Notes under the pieces: generated by a model
Databases searched by the model: none
The model's input: the letters and a program-made list of their open reading frames with translations, nothing else
Told to the model about the DNA's origin: nothing
Source of the DNA: a virus
Virus record (IMG/VR): IMGVR_UViG_3300045988_156049
Direction: 5' to 3' (one strand)
DNA length: 58,717 bases
Program-made: the position numbers and the translations under genes
Shown here: positions 9,901 to 18,900 of the stretch, in pieces
Numbering within the stretch: position 1 is the stretch's first letter
Layout of the letters: every line of letters starts with the position of its first letter

Positions 9901-12900
9901 AAAAGAGGAAACCGGCGACCTTCAGGGCTATATGAAGCAGTCGGAAGAGTATGATAGGGAAAAATCAGAACATGCAAAACAAAAAGGATCTTCAACAACT
10001 TCGGAGATAAAGAACAATAAATCAGGGAAGATTGAGGACTATGGTGAACAGATTTCTGGTGCTCGAAAGGATATGCTGCGTGACCTTGCCAAGTCAGTTC
10101 AAAACACTTCGCTTGAAAGCCTGATATCCCTGCCATTCTCAAAAGCCTTCAAGAAGCCGAATCTCAGTAAGGCGGTTGAAGAAGGCGCTCTTCGTGATAA
10201 GGACGCACGATTCGCTCAGGCAGCCATTGCTGCATTCCTTTCCACGAAAAAGCCTGTGGCAGGGACAAAGGACGAAAGAAGGAGACAGCGTTGGGGCGAG
10301 AAGACAAACGTGGAGAAATGGGCCGAAAAGGCTTATACTGGCATAAAGATACTCCAGGAACTATTCGATGCTGACGAGCGTGTAAGAGACAAGGTAATAG
10401 AGGCGGCTGTTGCTGACAAATATGTAGGCGTCGCTGAAGCGAAAGCCCAGCAGCAGAGGATTGGAGAATTGAATCACAGGGAGTTTAACGGCACAAGTTA
10501 TCCTCTCAACCTCATTGCGTTGTATAACGAGGTCTTTGACAGGCTCGGCTATCCGGCCGGTCAGAATACAAAGATTCCGGTAGGTAGAATCGTATGCAGC
10601 AGCACGTTTGACTCTTACAGCCTGCGTGGTGTCAATGGAGAAGACTGGATTTATCCTTCCCGCAGTCTGAAGTCATTCGAGGATGTCGTGGATGAACTGG
10701 TTTACCTTATTAAAGTTGCAAATGCCGATGAAACGGCAGACCATCCTATTGAGAACTTTAAAATTAGAGGAATCAATCCGAAGGTGGAGACAACAGGATA
10801 TCGGGTTCTTGCGGCAAAGAACCTCACCACGGCAATAACGAGGGGCAATCGATTTGCCGTGGATGAAATATTCCCTACGAGAGAAGCTGCCCTTAAACGA
10901 ATTGAGGAATTGAAGGCCAAGGGGCTTGAATGTTCCGAGCCGCTGGAGAAGAGGGAAACAGTCGGATATGAGAAATACCAAATCAGCTTTGCACATCCTA
11001 TCACAAGAGAGTTTATTCCTTTGGAGAAGGAGTATGGCTCTAAAGAGGATGCTATTGCTGCTCCGGAAGCAGAGCATGAGGAATTGAACCGCCTTGCAAA
11101 CGAAGCGATTGCGGCAGCGACCAAGAAGAGTGGTGAAAGTGTGGAGAAGTCATATTTCCACATAACCCACTATTACGACAAGGGCTCCGATGGAAAGTAT
11201 CATTGGTATTATGGTGTTGCACTGGATGACAAGTATGGGCCGAAGAAGACAGCGTTCAATACAATGCCGTTCTTCCTTGCCGAGCGTCTGAATAGTCGCG
11301 AGGAAGCCCAGAAGCAGATAGATGCGAACAAGGAAAGGTGGGAGAGCCTCGTAAAGGACGTTGTGCGCCAGAGAAGCAACTTCGTGTACTTCTCCGGAGA
11401 CAATGAGACCCGCAATGGCGAAGACTACAGGAACGGGAAGGATGTCACCGCCGAGGAGTTTGCCAACAAATTCGGATTTAGAGGTGTCCAGTTCGGAAAC
11501 TGGGCAAATCAGGCAGACAGACAGGCTGCGCTGAACAATGCCTACGATTCTTTCATGGACATGTCTAAGATCATTGGTGTATCTCCTAAAGCCATGAGCT
11601 TGAATGGAGAGCTTGGCGTTGCCTTCGGTTCGAGAGGAAGTGGCGCTGCGTCCGCCCACTATGAGCCGGGCGAAGTGGTCATCAACCTTACCAAGACAAG
11701 AGGGGCAGGCTCACTTGCACACGAATGGTGGCATGCCCTGGACAACTATTTCAGTCGCGCCGCAAATGTAAAACTGGGCTATGTCACTTCCGACAAGAGA
11801 CTTCCTATGCGCGAAGAGATGAGAAAGGCTTTCAATGATCTTGTCGATGACGTTGAAAAGTCTGATTATCATACGAGGTCAATGGATAAAGGCTCAAGTT
11901 ATTGGGGAACACGAGAAGAGGAAACAGCCCGTTTATTTGCAGAATGGATTGCAGATGAGATGGCTAAACGCGGAGAACTCAACAACTTTCTTGCAGGCCG
12001 TTATGATGCGGAAGACAGTTATGCCAGAATGGGATATGTCTTCTATAAAGCTATCCAGAAGCTAAAGCCTGAAGGCGAGATGATGACATTCGAAGAGTTT
12101 AGGAAAACGCCGATGGCATTGAAAGGGTTCTCGTATCCGACACGTGCGGAACTGGAGATTCTCGGAAAGGATGTCCGTAATATCTTTGGAGAGGTGCAGG
12201 AACGTACCGATGAAACGACAGGAAATGTTGCGTTGTTCCAGATGGTTGACAAAATTCTCTCTGACAATTCGCCAGAGAACCGACTTGCGTATGAAGCCGT
12301 ATCTCAGATGCTGTCAAATGCAGGAATCCCTGTGGAGTTACTGTCGGATCAGGCGATGAGAGAAATGGCTATAAATGCAACAATGCTTGATACCGTGCTA
12401 CCGGAAGACGAGTCTTCTTTCAAAGGCACTGTTATATCAAGCATTGACGGTGCAAAGATACTCAATAATCTTGATAAAGCAATAGATAGATACAATGAGA
12501 ATCCAGACAACAGGCCTTGGACATTTATTGGAGACCTGGCTTCTGCATTAGGTTCTTCAGATAAAGACAAGAGTAGCCAGTATGCGACGTTCGAAACAAA
12601 GAACGGGCAGGTGGTCACTATACGTGTGAGCAACCATAATGCTACCGTATCCAACTTCGACAACGCCGGGGAATCCAACGGCATCAGCATCGTGATCTCC
12701 AGAAAGCCGAATGAGGGCATGACGAATGATGGAGATGCGCACATCGTCGAGTTCTTCTATCCTGACAAGGCGCTGAACAAAGCGGAGGGCAAGCCGCTTG
12801 TGGAGATTTTGAAGTCTATCAAGCAGTCTCTCTATAGTGGAGAATACAAGGACACCACTGGTCTTGCACAGCGCGAGGAAGTCAATGCTAAAGAATCTGT

Positions 12901-15900
12901 CGAATTCCTGCGTGAGCCTGACGGAACGGTATATGGTGCAACAGTGGGAGGAAAGATTTATCTCAATCGAGAGCGTCTGAATCCGAACACTCCAATCCAC
13001 GAATACACCCACTTGTGGTTCTCCGCATTGAAAGACGCAAACCCTGAACTTTACAAAAGAGGCGTTGAACTGATGAAGCAGCTGCCTATATGGGAGGAAG
13101 TCAAAACGGATTCGAATTATGCAAACCTTTCTGGTGATGATGCGATAGCAAGTGAATGTCTTTCCCGTCTCGTCGGTGACAAGGGGACGGAAAAGCTTAC
13201 AGAGCTGGCCAAAAAGGCAATGGTGCGTGGCGACATCATCGGTACGGCAAACAGGATCTCGCTCATCGAGGACTTCAAGGACTGGCTGAAAAAGTTCTGG
13301 ACTTGGGTAAGGGATTCATTTGCTCCATGGACGAAGGAAGAGGCTTCAAGGGTATCAGTGGACAATATCCAGAACATGGTGCTTTCTGACTTGGCAAAGG
13401 GCGTAAATCCGCTTGCTCGCCAGGCGGAAAGTGATGCGGATATCCGTTTCTCGATAGTCAAAGATCCGAAACTGATTGAGGAACTTGACAAGGGAGCGAA
13501 AGTGAAGGTATATCGCGCGATGCAACTTATAGACGGAAAACTGTATCCGCCTATGGCCTCGAAGATAAATGGAGAGTTCGTGCGGCCGATAGAATTGGGT
13601 AAATGGGAACAGGCAGATGAACACCCTGAACTTATTGATAAGAATGGACGTTTCAATCTCAATAAAGGGAACGGAAAGGGCCTTAAAGCTGCATACAACC
13701 CGTATATCCATACATCTAGAACGCCATTGAATGACCAGTTCAGCGAAGCCCAAAGTCGTCCGAACATTGTGACTGTAGAGGTCGAAATCCCAAAGAGCGA
13801 ATTGAGTAGCGGATATCAGGCGGATAAGGCTAAAGATTCTGTTGGCGAGATGGAGTGGAAAGCTGGTATCGTTCAGGGACAGCTGACGGGCAAGCGCAAA
13901 GTGATTCTTTCCAGATGGGACAAGCCGATACGCATAGTTCCGGATAGTGAAGTTGCAAACGTTATAGTCAATGATATGTTCAAGGGTAGAACCATAACCA
14001 TGCCATCTAATGTCGTGACTCCAAGCCTGAGAGCGGAACTGGAAAAGCTGGGAGTGCCATTCGTCCAAACCGATAATACCGGACATATTGTGGGGGGACA
14101 ATATGACGGGAAGTATTATTCTAAAGTCTATGGTAACGGGGCTTTGGCAGGAAATGCCAAGGGCAAGCGTATGGAGTCGGAGACAGATAGGATTGTACGG
14201 GAGGCTAAAGAAAACGGCACGTATATGAAGGCGCCAAACGGAAAGCCGACAAACCTTAATGAAAGGCAGTGGGCCCAAGTCCGTACCCGTGCATTCAAGA
14301 AGTGGTTTGGCGACTGGGAGAAGGCCGCGGAGGAATCTCCTTCAACTGCCAAAACAAATTCGTCCAAGATTGTGGATGAGAACGGAGAGCCTAAGGTGGT
14401 GTATCATGGTTCGCCTTATAGGTTCTTCAGGTTCGACAAGACTAAATTGGGACAGTCTACAGGTGCCGATTCGGCGAAAGAAGGCTTCTTCTTTACCGAC
14501 AATAAGGAGCTTGCGGAACTGTTCTCCAGATATTCTCTTGAAAGCCTTCCTGTAAGCGATGTGGAACAACTGGTGAAGGACAGGCTTCTGAATATGTCCG
14601 AAAATGAGTTGAATGATGCGTATGAGGTGTATAGGAATGACAGCCCTGACTATTTGGACTACGCGGATGAGACAGACTCTCCTAACGATAGAGACTATCT
14701 TGAAATTCGCGGATTCCTTCTTGATGGTGTCTCTGAGGAGGAATCTAAGAGGGAATATATTCAGGATTCAATTGAAAGTAAGATTGAGGGAGGTTATTTC
14801 AGCGACATGGAAGAGGTCGAGGAAGAGTTGTCCTCAATCGGTATAGAGTTCGGGAACAATGAGCAAGTGTTCCTGAATATCGAATCACCGTTAGTCGATG
14901 AAGTCGAACGAGATTATTTCCATAATGGAGAAGACGTGTCTCCGATGACCCCGGTCCTGCAGAATGCAAAGCGGATGGGGAGTGATGGCGTAGTCTTTAC
15001 AGGTATAGTTGAAAGCGGACAGAAAGGCGCCGCTAATCAGTACGTAGCATTTGAGCCGAATCAGATCAAGTCCGCAACTGACAATGTCGGAACGTTTGAC
15101 GTCGGGCAGGAGGATATCCGATACAGAGATTCCGGACAGATGGACGCCGAATATATGTTCGCAATTGAATCCGGAGACATGCGCAAGGCCGGCAGAATGG
15201 TGGAAGCTGCATTCAGGAAAGCATTCCCAGGTAGTAAGGTAAAGAACGTCGTATATCATGGCGTGGCCGTGTCTGAAGACGGAAGGCAGTTCCCGTACAA
15301 TTCAATTCGTGAGGGGCATTTTACGGACGATGAGGGCTTCGCTGAATACTATGCAGGGTCTGACGGTTATGTCTATAAGGTATTCCTTGATATCGAGAGC
15401 CCTTTGGAACAGGACTTCAGAGGACAGAACTCGGACTTCGCGAGGGATGCTGAGGGAAACGATGTCTCTACCAGGACATTTGCGAGACGTGTGAAGGATA
15501 GCAACGGAAGATACGACGGTGCAATAATCACGAATGTTGATGAGTATGGAGACGGAATTGAGGCTGACGGCGTAGGCAATTACGATGGTTCAGTCACTGA
15601 CTACATACCGGTGAGTGCCGACCAGATTTATTCGGCCGAACCAGTTGTATATGATGACAACGGACAGGTAATTCCATTGAGCAGAAGGTTTGAGAATGGG
15701 AATCCTGACATCAGATATAAACACGATGAGACTGGAAATGGCAGCCGCACTTCTCAGGATGTCGAAGCAGCCGCAATTAAACTGGCGGAAAGCCTCGGTG
15801 AGAAGGTGCGACTCGTACGGGATGTTAATGAGATTGAGAACCAGAACAAGAAGGTTCAGGAGAACCAAAGGAAATCCAAGGGCTGGTTCAATACCGGAAC

Positions 15901-18900
15901 CGGAGAAATCGTCGTCGTCCTTCCGAATGCAACCGGCATTGAAGATGTCCAGGCTACAATCCTGCACGAGGCTGTGGGACACAAGGGCTTGCGTGAACTC
16001 GTGGGAGATGACAGATTCGATGACTTCCTGGACAAGGTGTATGCGGCTGCGTCAGTAAACACCAGAAGAGAGATTGTCAATCTCGCCAGGCGGAGTCATT
16101 GGGATTTCAGACTTGCAACAGAAGAGTATATTGCAGGCTTGGCGGAGAATGGTTTTGCCGGGCGTGAGAATCGTACATTGTTCGAGAAGATAAAAGACTT
16201 CTTCCGCGATATGTTGAGCAGGGCAAAGATTGCCCTGGGCGTCAATATCGGGGACAATGAACTGCGCTATATGCTGTGGCGGACATATCAAATGCGGACC
16301 TCGCGCGGCATTCTTGCCAAAGCCGAAGATATATCCATGCAACAGTCAATGAAGGTCGGAAACTTCAGGAATGAGGTCCCCGAAGAATCCTCAAGACTCC
16401 GCTTCCGGAATTCTAGTAATGGAAGACGTAAAAGCTTGGCACGTGATATCTACGAAGAGAAGACTCGCATAGTGGACAGGAAAGGGCAAAAGACTGATAC
16501 CGCAAATCTTATGCGCCGTCTGAAGGAGGCCTATGTGGACAGTATGCAGTCTCTGAAATACTTGCAGGATGCGGTTGCGGAAGAAACCGGGAAGCCTGTG
16601 GAAGACTTCGAGAACGCATACCTGGCGGAAAACACAATGAGTTCTAAGAATAAGGCTCAGACAGACATCTATCTGAACAAGTTCTTTAATCCGATAAAGG
16701 ATGCAATACGTGAACTGCAAAAAAAAAGTGTCGAATATAATGACATCGTGCGTTACCTCATGGCTAAACATGGACTTGAACGCAATGTGGTCTTCTCGAA
16801 GCGGGATGCGCAGAGAGCGGGTGCTGTGTGGGACGGCATTGTGAGACGTGATTACTCTGGTTTGACGGAACTTACCAGACAGGAAAGCGACACTTCTACT
16901 CCAAGTATTCGAGAGATTACTTCCCGAGCAAATGAAATAGTGCATAATTTCGAAAAAGAATATTACGTTGATGAACTTTGGAGTGCAATCAATAATGCTA
17001 CAAAGGAAACACTCAGGACGTCGTATGTTGATGGATTGCTCACAAAGGATAATTATGAGATGGTTCGTTCGATGTTTGACTATTATATTCCGCTCCGTGG
17101 CTGGAATGAAAATGTTGCTTCTGTAGAATATGATTACCTGAGCGATTCAAAGCCTAAGACCTCGCAAATCGTAAAGGCGGCTACCGGAAGAACCACCATT
17201 TCCGATGATCCGATAGCAACTATCGCATATATGGGACAGAGCGCAATCATTCAAGGTAACAGAAATATGATGAAGCAGAAACTGTTGAATCTTGCGTTGA
17301 ACCATAAGACAGGTTTGCTCACTGTGAATCGTCAGTGGGAGGTCCAGGACCCGGTAACTGGCGAATGGATTACGAGGAATCCTGTCATACCTGTAGACGC
17401 GACGCCGGAAGAAGTTGCTGATATAGTTTCCCAGTTTGAGACTGACATGAAGGCGGCGGAAAAGAATGGGACGGCTCGCATATCTCGTGGGAAACTCGAT
17501 ACCGGTAAACATATTACGGCATATGAGGGACAAGAACATGTCGTCAAAGTTAAGCGCGGCGGCATAGAGTATTGCATATATCTCAATGGAAATCCGCGTG
17601 CTGCTCAGGCTGTCAATGGCATGACCAATCCTGATGCTGTGGACAGCTGGCTTATCCGTAAGGCTCGTGTTATTAAGAACTTTATGGCCAGGATGTTCAC
17701 TTCCCAAAATCCAGCCTTCATTATTTCAAACCTCAGTCGTGATGTGATATTTGCGGGTACTGCTGTGTTTGCAAAAGAGGATTCAAAATATACTGCTCTA
17801 TATACGAAGAATATTGCCAGGGCATTGGCGAAAGGGCAATTGATCGGCCTGGTGCACAGATTCGAGACAGGCAGACTTGATGACTCCAAAGACATTGACA
17901 GATATTTCGGAGAGTTCATACGCAATGGCGGAGAAACAGGTTTCACACAACTCAATACCGTCGATGATTTCAAGCGAGACCTTAACAGGTTTGCGAAAGA
18001 GATGACGCAAGGACAAGTGATGAAAGTTTCTTCAAAAGTGTGGAACGGAATCTGGGATGGTGTTGAGTTCATGAATAGGTGTGCCGAGGATGCGACAAGG
18101 TTTTCGGTGTACATGACATCTCGACAGATGGGACGTAGTGTGGAGAGGAGTATCAGTGATGCTAAAGAGATTACGGTAAACTTCAATAGAAAAGGTAGTG
18201 GCGGTTTTGGTGCACGAGTTATGAACTTTGCCTATATCTTCTTTAATGCGGCTATACAGGCTCTTGCAAACGCAGGAAAGATTTTCTACGAGCATCCGGT
18301 TAAATCTGCCGTGGCTCTTAGTACTTTCTCTGTCGCAGGATTTCTTGCTCCACTTCTGGCACAAGCTATTATATCGGCATTCGGTGGTGATGACGATGCC
18401 TATTGGGATTTGCCTGAGTGGGTTCGTAGAAATAATTTTGTTTTCTATGTCCCATGGAGTGACAATAAGTTCCTGATTATACCGATATCCCAAGAATTAC
18501 GTCCGTTCTACGCTCTTGGAGAGGTGGCAATGTCTGTGTTGATGGGAAAAGAAGATGTCCTCGAAGGATTAAGGAGTGTAGGCGGTAGCTTTATGGATCT
18601 TCTCCCTGTTGATTTTATGGGCAATGGAAATAATCTTGCCGTAAGTTTGACTCCGACTGTCGCTCAGCCGTTTGCGCAATTGGTAGCAAACTCTGATTAC
18701 TTTGGAAAACCAATTTATAGACGCAATGACTATAATCGGTTGGATCCAGCCTGGACGAAGGCATACAAGGGGACGAGTTCAATGCTTATCAATGCATCTA
18801 AATGGCTGAATGAAGTAACCGGAGGAGACGATGTCAAGAGAGGATGGATTGATCCTGTTAACAATCCTGCCGTCATTGAACATTTGTTTGAGAGTTATCT

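Noticed and set aside
15965-15982. HEAVGH as a third canonical zincin active site in the giant protein
   Set aside because: The spacing is H-E-x-x-x-H, not HExxH. It was kept only as a conserved module of unknown function.
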